Source of the DNA: a virus
Virus record (IMG/VR): IMGVR_UViG_3300025030_000012
Direction: 5' to 3' (one strand)
Length of the DNA stretch: 64,000 bases
The position numbers and the translations under genes are program-made. The notes under the pieces were generated by a model, which saw only the letters and a list, made by a program, of their open reading frames with translations, did no database searches and had not been told where the DNA came from. Of the stretch, positions 46,294 through 55,894 are shown one piece after another. Each line of letters starts with the position of its first letter. Position 1 is the first letter of the stretch.

Positions 46294-46346
46294 TTGACTT
46301 TCTGGTTTTTGTAGCCGATAGTACTAATACTGTCGAGATTCCGACA
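46294..46346 (+). promoter_or_regulatory. Capsid-operon promoter with downstream palindromic box
   Basis: TTGACT-17-GATAGT, then TGTCGAGATTCCGACA at 46331-46346, identical to the box at 32220. Confidence 0.6.
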
Positions 46347-46471
46347 CATCACCGCGGCCGGGTGGCGCGCGGGCGGACCTTCGGGTCACGCGCAGCACGA
46401 GTCTAGCCGGAACTTCCGGTCAGTCTGCGCTCAATCTTTGAGCAACGCAGTTCTGAAATCGGAGGTTTGCA

Positions 46472-47035
46472 ATGGCAAACGCTGATGCCTATATGGGCTT
46501 CCAGCCCATGGGGCACGTCTACAACTCTCGAATCTCCACCAGGAAGTTCGAGATTGCTTCCGGCTACGCGGTGAATATTTTCACCGGCGACACCGTAGTC
46601 CTCACCACCGGCAAGCTCGCTATCGGAGCGGTCAATTCCGCTGTACTGCTCGGCGTCTTCGCCGGCTGTCAGTTTCTCGATGCTTCCGGTGTTCCCGGGG
46701 CACGTTTCTCCCCCTACTGGCCTGCCAGCACGGTAACAACCGGCGCGGTAGCGGCCATCGCTCATGTCTGGTGCGATCCCGGCATCATCTATCGCTGCCA
46801 AAGCGATACGACCACGGCCTACGTCGATGCCACGCACCTGATGACCTACGCCGACTGCATCCTGACGCACGCTGGTTCGACCCTGACCGGGATCTCCGGC
46901 ATGGAGTTGGATCTGGCCGCGGAAAGCGATGCGCAATTCCAAGTCCTCGGTCTGATCGACGAGCCCGGTAACGCCGTGGGCGTGAATGCGAAGCTTGCTG
47001 TTCGCCTTCGCAAATCCATGTTTGCAACCAATTAG
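46472..47035 (+). CDS. Capsid decoration/cement protein
   Basis: MANADAYMGFQP...IFTGDTV...GVFAGCQF; immediately upstream of the MCP. Confidence 0.65.
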   Translation: MANADAYMGFQPMGHVYNSRISTRKFEIASGYAVNIFTGDTVVLTTGKLAIGAVNSAVLLGVFAGCQFLDASGVPGARFSPYWPASTVTTGAVAAIAHVWCDPGIIYRCQSDTTTAYVDATHLMTYADCILTHAGSTLTGISGMELDLAAESDAQFQVLGLIDEPGNAVGVNAKLAVRLRKSMFATN

Positions 47036-47044
47036 GAGGCGATC

Positions 47045-47956
47045 ATGGCAATGAATCGTGCACAATTCAAGAAACAACTCCAAGACGGACTCAACTCGGT
47101 CTTCGGACTCGAGTACGACCGGCACCCGGAGCGGTGGCGTCACTACATGGATGTCGAAACCGAGAGCCAGAAGTCCTACGTCGAGGACGTGATGCTCGCC
47201 GGGTTCGGCGCCGCCCAAGTCAAGCAGGAAGGGGCCGGGGTTTCCTACGACACGACTTCGGAAACCTACACGGCACGGTACATCTTCGAGACGATCGCCC
47301 TTGCCTTTGCGATTACCGAGGAAGCCGAGGAAGACAACCTGTACGGCTCCATCGGCGCCCGTCTCTCCAAAGCCCTCGCCCGGTCCATGCAGCACACCAA
47401 GGCCGTGCGGAACGCGGACATCATCAACAACGGGTTCAATGTTTCATACCCCGGTGGTGATGCAGTCGCTCTTTTCAGCGTCTCGCACCCGGTCAAGATG
47501 GGCGGGGTCCAGGCCAACAGACCGGCTACCGGCACCGACCTCATGGAGTCCTCGCTCGAGGACATGCTGATCCTGATCGGCACCGCTCTGGACGACCGCG
47601 GCATCCCCGTCGCGCTCTCCCCGGTCCGCCTGGGTATCCCGGTGCAGTTGAAGTTCGTCGCCCAACGAGTGCTCTACTCGAACCTGCAGTCCGACTCGGC
47701 CGAGAACAACGTCAACGCCGTGAAAGACATGGGCATCCTCCAAGGCGGCTTCGTCGCCGACGAGCGCTTCACCGACCCGGATGTCTGGTTCATCAAAACC
47801 GACTGCCCGGATGGCTTGAAGCATATCGTGCGGAAGGCGGTGATGAAGAGGGTCGAGGGCGATTTTGAGACGGGCAACATGCGTTACAAAGCACGTGAAA
47901 GATTTATCCAAGGATGGTCGGATTGGCGGGGAGCCTATGGATCTCCGGGGATTTAG
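47045..47956 (+). CDS. Major capsid protein
   Basis: RAQFKKQLQDGLN..FGLEY, E...L.GFG.A..K.EG..V.YD, ALARSM..TK, RYKARER....WSD. Confidence 0.88.
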   Translation: MAMNRAQFKKQLQDGLNSVFGLEYDRHPERWRHYMDVETESQKSYVEDVMLAGFGAAQVKQEGAGVSYDTTSETYTARYIFETIALAFAITEEAEEDNLYGSIGARLSKALARSMQHTKAVRNADIINNGFNVSYPGGDAVALFSVSHPVKMGGVQANRPATGTDLMESSLEDMLILIGTALDDRGIPVALSPVRLGIPVQLKFVAQRVLYSNLQSDSAENNVNAVKDMGILQGGFVADERFTDPDVWFIKTDCPDGLKHIVRKAVMKRVEGDFETGNMRYKARERFIQGWSDWRGAYGSPGI

Positions 47957-47986
47957 GTAGCGGATTTATAAAGGAAAACTTAATTC

Positions 47987-48015
47987 TTGACCTTCTACTG
48001 AAACTGGTATATCCT
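47987..48015 (+). promoter_or_regulatory. Promoter of the HNH gene
   Basis: TTGACC-17-TATCCT. Confidence 0.5.
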
Positions 48016-48045
48016 TGGATATATCAGCGTAAGTAGGGGGCCAAG

Positions 48046-49215
48046 ATGAGAGTTTGCAGCATAGAAGGATGCGGCAGGGAGCACTACGGTAAAGACTACT
48101 GCCGTCGTCATTATAAGTGGTACGTCGAGTACGGCCACACTGAGGCTCAGAACACGAGATGCGAGATCTGCAGCACCGAACTGACCGGGAAAAGGATCGG
48201 AAGACGATTCTGCGGACTCTCGTGCCAAATGAAGTGGCATCGGCAGTCCGGGTGCTATACGCCGGAGCGGGTCAAAGCGTCGCGCGGTATATGCAAGATC
48301 GATGGTTGCGACAATCCAGTAAAGGCGAAAGGTTTTTGTTCCGTACATGCAATGCGCGAGTGGCGACACGGAGACGCGAATACGCCAATTCGTACAACGG
48401 TGCCATGCACGATTCAAGGTTGCCTGGAAAACGGTGGCTATCACGGTCTCTGCAAGCGGCACTATTCGCAGCAATACCTACGGGACCATCGCGCAGAATA
48501 CAATGCCAGGAACAGCGCTCGCCGGGCCGGCCTGAGATCGGCGACACCGGCATGGTTGACCAAGGAAGATTGGGCCGAGATTCGCCTGATCTACCGTCAG
48601 TGCTTGAAAATCACCATTGCAACCGGGGTAGAGCACCACGTCGATCACGTCTTCCCCCTCAATGGTCATGGAATCTGCGGTCTTCATGTTCCTTGGAACC
48701 TTCAGGTTCTGCCGTGGCAGGAGAATCAGGCCAAGAGCAATGGCTACGGGGACGACGTTCCAACCGTCAAAGTCTGGTCGAACGAGGAACGGGCGGAACT
48801 CTCGAAGATTGCGCTCGGGCGCGACCAGACTCCGTTTCGCACCCCGGAATTTCGCGCGCAGGTCGGTGCCATCTCGAAAGCCGCCTGGGAAGACCCCGCC
48901 TACCGCGAGCGCATGGCAGTTTCGCGCGCAGCAACGGCGGCGACAGACTCCGAACGCTCCCGCAAATCCGCGGCGACCAAAGCCGCCTGGGCGGACCCGG
49001 AGCGAAAGGCAGCACGGGCGGCGGTGATCAGCGCTGCACGTCTTGGGCAGCCGAATGCCGTCATCTGGGACGATTCCAGGCGTCAGGCGCAGTCCGACAA
49101 GATGAAGGCTGTCTTGGCCTCACCCGAGGCGAAGGCGCAGCGCAGCGCGGCCATGCGGGCCCGTTGGGCCAATCCAAAACAGAGGGCGGCGATTCTCGCT
49201 TCTCGCAAGTCGTAA
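48046..49215 (+). CDS. HNH homing endonuclease with Cys/His zinc-finger repeats and NUMOD3-like tail
   Basis: CSIEGC...YCRRHY repeats; HVDHVFPL...GLHVPWNLQVL...N; repeated KAAW.DP. Confidence 0.85.
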   Translation: MRVCSIEGCGREHYGKDYCRRHYKWYVEYGHTEAQNTRCEICSTELTGKRIGRRFCGLSCQMKWHRQSGCYTPERVKASRGICKIDGCDNPVKAKGFCSVHAMREWRHGDANTPIRTTVPCTIQGCLENGGYHGLCKRHYSQQYLRDHRAEYNARNSARRAGLRSATPAWLTKEDWAEIRLIYRQCLKITIATGVEHHVDHVFPLNGHGICGLHVPWNLQVLPWQENQAKSNGYGDDVPTVKVWSNEERAELSKIALGRDQTPFRTPEFRAQVGAISKAAWEDPAYRERMAVSRAATAATDSERSRKSAATKAAWADPERKAARAAVISAARLGQPNAVIWDDSRRQAQSDKMKAVLASPEAKAQRSAAMRARWANPKQRAAILASRKS

Positions 49216-49335
49216 CCAGCGCGCGGCCGTCCTTCGCGCCTTTCCCGGGCGCGTGGGCCGCACGTTCCTTTTCGCTGTCGGCTGGGCGTCAACCTGTGTA
49301 TCTCCGCATGGCCGGCTTGATCTAGGAGATTTGAC

Positions 49336-50313
49336 ATGACACGTTTTCCGCACGGTATTTCCAGTATGGGCATTCCAGTGCTTGGTGGAGCGGGGATCCC
49401 GTTCACCGGCACGTACTACTTCGTCAAGCCGTCGACGGGGTCCGACAGCAATTCAGGGCTAGAACCAGGCAAGGCGCTCAAGACGCTTGCTCAAGCTCAG
49501 ACGAAGGCCACGGCAAATAAGAACGACGTGGTGTACCTGATTGCCGAGAGCAACACGGCGGCGGATACCACGGATTACCAGTCCGCGACGCTGACATGGG
49601 CGAAAGATCTGGTCCACCTGATAGGCATCGGAGCACCATCGATCGTCAGTCAGCGCTCGCGGATCGCGCAACTTTCGACCGCCACTGCGGTAAGCCCGCT
49701 GGTGAACGTGACAGCGAACGGCTGCTATATCGCCAATATCAGCGCCTTCCAAGGCGTTGCCGACGCGACCTCGCTGATCGACGTGCAGGTAACCGGAGCG
49801 AGGAACGTGTTCGAGAACGTGCACTTCGCCGGGATCGGTCACGCGACAATGTCGGCGGCCGGCGCATGCTCGCTGAAACTCGAAGGTGGGGCAGAGAACG
49901 TCTTCCGTGGCTGCGTGATCGGCGTAGATACGATCGATACCGATGCCGATGGCGTAAACCTGCTCTGCGATACGGCAGCAACCCGCAATCTGTTCGAAGA
50001 ATGCCTGTTCCAACTGTGGATTACGGCGACAGGCGCCTCGCATGTCAAGCTCGTGGATACGACCGCAATTGACCGCTGGCTGTGGTTCAAGCGCTGCCTG
50101 TTCGCCTCCGAGTCGGTCAACAAGACCATCGACATGGCCGAAGTGTTCAACATCCCGGCCGGAATCAGCCAAGGCAAGATCATTCTGCAGGACTGCGCGG
50201 CTATGGACGATGGCGGCGCTCCGGTCTGGACAGCGGGCACGGAAGGCATCGTGTGGGCCAACATGCCGGCACCGACTGCTTCAGCGGCCGGTGGCCTGAT
50301 GACCAACCTGTAA
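49336..50313 (+). CDS. Virion protein with beta-helix (pectin-lyase-like) character
   Basis: Repeating N.F.N..F / F..C.F motifs. Confidence 0.55.
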   Translation: MTRFPHGISSMGIPVLGGAGIPFTGTYYFVKPSTGSDSNSGLEPGKALKTLAQAQTKATANKNDVVYLIAESNTAADTTDYQSATLTWAKDLVHLIGIGAPSIVSQRSRIAQLSTATAVSPLVNVTANGCYIANISAFQGVADATSLIDVQVTGARNVFENVHFAGIGHATMSAAGACSLKLEGGAENVFRGCVIGVDTIDTDADGVNLLCDTAATRNLFEECLFQLWITATGASHVKLVDTTAIDRWLWFKRCLFASESVNKTIDMAEVFNIPAGISQGKIILQDCAAMDDGGAPVWTAGTEGIVWANMPAPTASAAGGLMTNL

Positions 50314-50327
50314 CCAGGAGAATAACC

Positions 50328-51740
50328 ATGAGCTTCGATTACGCAGGATACAACCGCAACGGCCAGCTTTTCTACGCGGCCAACGTCTCGACGAAGAACG
50401 TCGTAGCCGTGGCTACCGCAATGACTGGCCTCATCCTCTACAACCCGGCAGGGTCTGGAAAGAACTGCCTCATCGCCGATGTCGGGTTCTCGTGGGTCAC
50501 CGCACCTGCTGCCGTCCACAACCTAGGCATCGGCTTGGCGGCGCCCCACATAACCATTCCGTCGAGCCTCACGGTGGCTGGTTCGCCGACGAAAAGAGCC
50601 GATGGATCGGGTAATGCCGGTGGTTCGATCACGGTGGCCTACGACGCGGCGACGCTGGCCGTTGCGCCTGTGGCAGCGCGCTGGCTTGGCGGGGCCGTCT
50701 ACGGGTCTGGAGTCGGCGAGTCGCCCTATGCGGGCTTCTGGGAGATCCAAGGTGCCCTCATGCTCATGCCGGGTGCCGTCGCCTGCCTGATCGGCTTGAC
50801 GACGACGCTGGCCGGGGTGGGCAGCATCACCTGGGCCGAGGTGCCGGTCTAAGGAGGGCACCATGGCAAACACCGTCACGGTGCGGACTCTCGAAGAGGG
50901 TCCGCGCAACGTCATCGTGCATGTCGCCTTGGAGTCGGATGGCGTCACCGGCGAAGTGGTGAACCAGAAGATACTGGAAGGTCACCGCTTCGTCATCATG
51001 GGGGTCAAGAGTTCCCTATCAGGGTTCGATGTCATCCTCTCCTTCGATGACCTCTCCGATATCCCGGCCTGGGTGTGCACCCCTGACTCGAAGCCGCAGG
51101 ATTTCTTTTCGATCGGTGGCATCGCGGATCCGGGCGGGCTTGACTCGCAGAAAAACCTCCTGCTCTCCACAAGCGGATTCACGTCGGCTGGCGACAAGGG
51201 GACCATGATTATCCACGCGAGGAAAAAACCATGAGCGGCGGACAAGTCGAAGTCGTATCGAGGACCATCTTCGTTCAGGATGAGTTCAAGCGGCCCGCTG
51301 ACACCACGGCCTACACCGCTGGAGACGTGGTTGCCGACTCAACCGGCATCGCTCGGATGCTTCGCTTCGCCAAAGCAGCGCGCAGCCCTGGCGGCGGCGG
51401 CGTCATTCAAAGCTGCTTGCTGGTCGATTCCACTGCAGAGAGCACGAAACCAGACTTGGAGTTGTACCTGTTCGACAGCGTCATCACCATGCAGGACGAC
51501 AACGAAGCTTGGGCTCCGACTGACTTGGAGATGCTTTCCTTTGTCGGCTGGATATCGTTGCCATCGTCTTCGTTCAAGACGTGCGGAGCGAACGGCATTA
51601 TCCAATCGCCCGACAAGGCGCTCGCCTTTGTCTGCGCGCCAAAAGTTGTCGATCTATTTGGTGTCCTCGTAGTAAGGAATGCGTATACACCCGTGAGCGG
51701 TGAGCAGCTTAGAGTAAAACTCGCTATCTTGACGGACTAA
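50328..51740 (+). CDS. Three small virion/tail proteins (50328-50852, 50863-51234, 51231-51740)
   Basis: Coupled ORFs; beta-rich composition. Confidence 0.55.
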
Positions 51741-51743
51741 GCC

Positions 51744-53135
51744 ATGCCGATCGGAACCCGTCGCGCCCTATTCGCGGACACGCGGGATCAGCGTCAACTG
51801 CTCTCTCGCATACTCTCCGACGGTAACACCGCCGCCTGGTATCAGCCCGGCGTCGGGCATGCTCCTACTGACATCCTGAACGCCAGTCTGTGGGCAAACT
51901 GGGTCAGTGGTACTGCCGGGACTGCTGCCGATCTTGCGCAGGCTACGGGGGCAGCGCAGCCGATTGTGCTGTCACACACCGGGACGAACTATGCGTTTTT
52001 TTCTGGTGCCGCGTCTAATTGGTGGAGTTCTCCTCATGCAGCGTGGAACACATTAACGGGATCATTCGATATTGATTTCGAGCTATTTGTTGCAACCAAT
52101 ACACCCACTGTCTTACAGTCGACCTGGATGGCAAAGGATTCTTCTGGCGGAAACATGCGTGACTACTGGTTTGACCAGCAAGTCACAACAGGAAATATCA
52201 GGTTTATTGGGTATATTGGCGATGTAGTGAAGGCATGGAATTCTGGGGCACCATTAAGTGCCACAGTAGGCACTAATATCTTCGTGAGATTCAAAATGAC
52301 CTACGCGGTGGGCGGAACGTCAGTCATGGATTTTTACACGTCAACAGACGGAGTATCGTGGAGTACACACGGTACTCAGGCATCTGTCGCGACAGCGGCG
52401 GCCATAGATTCGGATCCACAAGATGTGATAATTGGCAATAAAGCATGGGATGATTCTCCTCTTAATGGGGGAATAAGGCGGATTCGTGTGTATTCCAGCG
52501 ACAGGGATGCTGGCGGAACATTAACTGGAGATTTTAACGCAAAGACAGCAAGTGAAACATCTACAAATGGTGCGACACTGTCAAGTGGCGGAGCAACATT
52601 TACTCTTGTAAATACCGGCGCAACGCCAGCGCAGATCGTGGGGAGTCCGCAGTTGCTCGGCAATGGTTCAGCGCACTTCATGCAATCCGGGGCTTTCGCG
52701 CTCGCTGCTCCATACGAGTTTTTTGACGTGTTCAAAGCTATCAGTTGGACCTCGGATGACGTGCTGTTCGATGGCCGCGACGCTGATTATGAGTTCGCGG
52801 CGCAGCAGTTCACGGGCACACCACAAATCAGGCTGAAGGATGCCGGGGCCGCGACAACCGGCGTATCCCCAACGCTCAACACGTGGAACATCCTCTATAC
52901 CTCGGTGGCCGCGGACGGCACCGGAACGATCCAGTTGAACAACGGAACTCCGGTCACGGCGGCATTATCTGCCACTGCATTGACGGGACTGACGATGTGG
53001 CGGAAAGGACTGACGGCAGGTGGTTACGGGAATTTCCAACAGAAGGACAAGATACTGCGCGGAACGGTCAGCAGCGCTGCAACGCGGCTCGCTATTCAGC
53101 AGCGGCTGGCTAAACTTCACGGCATTACCCTGTGA
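51744..53135 (+). CDS. Putative tail fibre/receptor-binding protein (lectin/LamG-like)
   Basis: Thr/Gly/Trp-rich beta protein with an internal AT-richer module. Confidence 0.55.
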   Translation: MPIGTRRALFADTRDQRQLLSRILSDGNTAAWYQPGVGHAPTDILNASLWANWVSGTAGTAADLAQATGAAQPIVLSHTGTNYAFFSGAASNWWSSPHAAWNTLTGSFDIDFELFVATNTPTVLQSTWMAKDSSGGNMRDYWFDQQVTTGNIRFIGYIGDVVKAWNSGAPLSATVGTNIFVRFKMTYAVGGTSVMDFYTSTDGVSWSTHGTQASVATAAAIDSDPQDVIIGNKAWDDSPLNGGIRRIRVYSSDRDAGGTLTGDFNAKTASETSTNGATLSSGGATFTLVNTGATPAQIVGSPQLLGNGSAHFMQSGAFALAAPYEFFDVFKAISWTSDDVLFDGRDADYEFAAQQFTGTPQIRLKDAGAATTGVSPTLNTWNILYTSVAADGTGTIQLNNGTPVTAALSATALTGLTMWRKGLTAGGYGNFQQKDKILRGTVSSAATRLAIQQRLAKLHGITL

Positions 53136-53784
53136 AGCCCGCCATGCTGAAACTCACCTACCTCACCCAAGCCGACGCGCAGACCCGCGCCGCCTCGCTG
53201 CACACGCAACTCAAGGCGACGAATTCGCTCTACCGGGCATCCTGTGATCTGTACGATGCTGGAGGGCCGGGCGGTACGGCGCGGTGGGATGTGCCGAAGC
53301 AGGACGTGGACAAGTTCGGCGTTCCACTGGATACGAAATGGCATGTCACGGTGGACAATCGGGTTAGACCTGTGATGACGAAGGCGGAGACGGGTACGAT
53401 TGTCGAGTGGACAGTGGTGGTGAAGTAATGGAATGGCGCGACGTAGCGATGTTGTCGATGTCCGGGTTTTCTGCTGTGCTGTCGGTATTGATCGGCATCG
53501 TCGCGTATTTGCTGAAAATGGAACTGAGCCGCAAGGCTGACGTGAGCGACGTAAGGAATAACACGAAGTTGATCGAGACTCACATCATCGAATATGTGCG
53601 ACGGCACAGTGAAGTCACAGCCGATGTCGGGACTCTGTACTCAAAGCTGGCGGACGAGAAGACCGATCGGCTACAGGACCACATTGACATGCTCGTGGCG
53701 CAGAACAAGGCGCAACAATCGGTGATGGAAACGCTATCCAGCATCACGGCGCGGGTGACGGGCAACGGAAAAGGGACGACATGA
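53132..53784 (+). CDS. Two small proteins: 53132-53428 hypothetical; 53428-53784 N-terminal TM plus coiled coil
   Basis: MEWRDVAMLSMSGFSAVLSVLIGIVAYLLK TM segment. Confidence 0.5.
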
Positions 53785-53963
53785 TGATTAACTCCAAGTT
53801 CGAGATTTATCGCACCCGCACCAAGCAATACCGCTGGCGGCTGCGGGCGGGAAACGGCGAGATCATCGCGCATGGCGAGAGCTACAAGCGGCGCGAGAAA
53901 TGCCATCACGCGATCAAGCTGGTACAGCAATCCGATCTCGCTAACATCGTGACGCTGAAATGA
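53781..53963 (+). CDS. DUF1508/YegP-family protein
   Basis: KFEIY...YRWRLRAGNGEIIAHGESY....C...I..V. Confidence 0.85.
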   Translation: MMINSKFEIYRTRTKQYRWRLRAGNGEIIAHGESYKRREKCHHAIKLVQQSDLANIVTLK

Positions 53964-54292
53964 GCGACGACGGCCCTGAGCGCCGCAAGTTCGGTATCCG
54001 GCGCGACCTGAACGGGTTGGTGCGCGGTAAGGATGGCGAGATATCCGGCAGCAAGCTCGGAACCTACGCCGGGCAGATCATCGCGGCCAAGTTGCTGCTG
54101 GTGAACAGCCTGCCGTCGTGGGACGTGCTGGCGGTCCTGTTCCTGGTCCTGATCGCCCCGGAGGCTTACAAACAGGTCTTGGCGATGCGGTGGGGCGGTA
54201 GTAGCGTTGGACAGGTCACGACGCGCACCGATACGCACGAAAAGTCGGTGCAGGAGATCGTGAGCAAGCCCGCGAAAGAGGCGAAAAAATGA
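53960..54292 (+). CDS. Putative holin-like membrane protein
   Basis: One or two hydrophobic segments and a charged C-terminal tail. Confidence 0.4.
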   Translation: MSDDGPERRKFGIRRDLNGLVRGKDGEISGSKLGTYAGQIIAAKLLLVNSLPSWDVLAVLFLVLIAPEAYKQVLAMRWGGSSVGQVTTRTDTHEKSVQEIVSKPAKEAKK

Positions 54293-54948
54293 CAACGTCA
54301 AACACGTATTCTTGGTCGCCCGAGATCGCTGAGTTTGTCGATATCGCGTTCAGCCGCGCTGGGGTGGACCAACGCACGCTGACCGGGCAGCACGTTCGAG
54401 ATGCCCGCATGTCACTCAACCTCATGTTTGCCGACTGGGCGACCGATGGGGTGCGTAATTTCGTTGTCGAGCAGGCGACGAACCTGACGGTGGTTGTGGA
54501 CCAAGACGATTACGCAATACCGACAGGGACGCTTGCGATTCTGGACCCGATCTTTATCCGCAGTTCACTGGCTACGCCGATTCAACTTCTCAGCCGTGGC
54601 GACTACCAGAGGATACCGGACAAGACGGTTTCAGGAATCATCAAGAGCATGTTCTTCGACCGCCCAACCTTGAAAGCTTGGATGTGGCCGGTAGGAGAAG
54701 CCATCACTGACGCGGTGGGGTATTGGAGGCTTCGCCGGATTCAGGACGTGACTGCGGCATCTGAGACACCTGACGTTGCGTATACGTGGTTTGAAGCCCT
54801 GGCTTCTGGCCTTGCTGCACAACTCGCGCTGATCCACAATCCCGGCAAGTTTCAGATTCTCGAAGGGCTGGCGGCAAGGGCGCTGAAGAGAGCCAGGGAC
54901 TTCGAGAGAGAGCGTACTGACACGACGTTTCAGTTGGCGAGGATCTGA
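54289..54948 (+). CDS. Head-tail adaptor-like protein
   Basis: AF.RAG...ARMSLNLMFADW...RRIQD...W.EAL..GLA..LA. Confidence 0.6.
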   Translation: MTTSNTYSWSPEIAEFVDIAFSRAGVDQRTLTGQHVRDARMSLNLMFADWATDGVRNFVVEQATNLTVVVDQDDYAIPTGTLAILDPIFIRSSLATPIQLLSRGDYQRIPDKTVSGIIKSMFFDRPTLKAWMWPVGEAITDAVGYWRLRRIQDVTAASETPDVAYTWFEALASGLAAQLALIHNPGKFQILEGLAARALKRARDFERERTDTTFQLARI

Positions 54949-55238
54949 TGGCAAAGCTCGCCACCGGAAAATTCGCGTGGTTTCAATGCCAGCGTTGCGG
55001 TATGCGCGGCAGGTACATTGATTCAGTTGCCGACGGCGACAATCCCGGCCTTCGTGTTCACGCCGAATGCAGAGACGTAAAAAATCCGCAGGAGGAACCT
55101 TTCACCGCCGAGGACGGCATTGCCTTGGCGCACCCGGCCCCTGACCTGGATACCGCGGCGGCCGGTGGTGGAGATGGAGCGACGCTCGTTGATAACCTGC
55201 CGCCGTTGACTGGGGGCTACTTCGGTGGGAGTACGTGA
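54948..55238 (+). CDS. Small CxxC virion-module protein
   Basis: CQRCG...C.D..NPQ. Confidence 0.55.
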   Translation: MAKLATGKFAWFQCQRCGMRGRYIDSVADGDNPGLRVHAECRDVKNPQEEPFTAEDGIALAHPAPDLDTAAAGGGDGATLVDNLPPLTGGYFGGST

Positions 55239-55894
55239 TGCCAGGGTTCGGTTGGAATCACACTACGTTGAAAGCCGCCATCATCGCTTTCGTCGAAGAT
55301 ACGGGGACTCCTTTCGCTTCCGACGTGGATATCTGCATCGGCCTGGGTGAACTCGGCCTCCTGAGAGACTTGGACCTCGATATCTTCGATGCGATCGACA
55401 CCGGGGTTTTTACCGCGAGCAGCCAGATCGTTCTCAAGCCGCCGAACTTTGTCGCAGACCGCTCGCTGACGTTCTCATCGGGCGGGAAGACCTACCCGCT
55501 GATCCAGAAGACGCGGGAGTACATCCTTGACTACTGGCCGACAGAGACTACAACGGCCGCCCTGCCGAAGTATTACGCCGATCTGGACGACACGCGATGG
55601 ATCGTCGCCGGAACGCCTTCAACGGCGCATACCTGGACGGCGCACTTTATGAAGCGGCCGGCGGGTCTGTCGAGTACGGTCGCTACGACGTGGCTCGGGA
55701 CAAATTGCCCGGATGCCCTCCTGTACGCCTGCCTCGTCTATGGGGCAGAATACCTGAAGCAAGGCGAATCGCTTCCGATCTGGGAGCAGGAGTACGTCAA
55801 AGTTCTCAGTTCGGCTAGGAACGAAACCCGTCACCATCGCCGCAAGGACTACGCGCCGATGACCATGACGCCGATGCCGCGAGCGGAGCGATGA
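55235..55894 (+). CDS. Head-closure/adaptor protein
   Basis: P.YYA...GTP...WL..N.PDALLYACL..GAEYLK. Confidence 0.55.
   Translation: MMPGFGWNHTTLKAAIIAFVEDTGTPFASDVDICIGLGELGLLRDLDLDIFDAIDTGVFTASSQIVLKPPNFVADRSLTFSSGGKTYPLIQKTREYILDYWPTETTTAALPKYYADLDDTRWIVAGTPSTAHTWTAHFMKRPAGLSSTVATTWLGTNCPDALLYACLVYGAEYLKQGESLPIWEQEYVKVLSSARNETRHHRRKDYAPMTMTPMPRAER

Noticed and set aside
30900-46346. Sigma54 (-24/-12) promoters next to the TGT-N10-ACA boxes
   Set aside because: No properly spaced GG-N10-GC element was found by eye near the boxes checked (about 30.9, 31.6 and 40.6 kb); the nearby promoters look sigma70-type.
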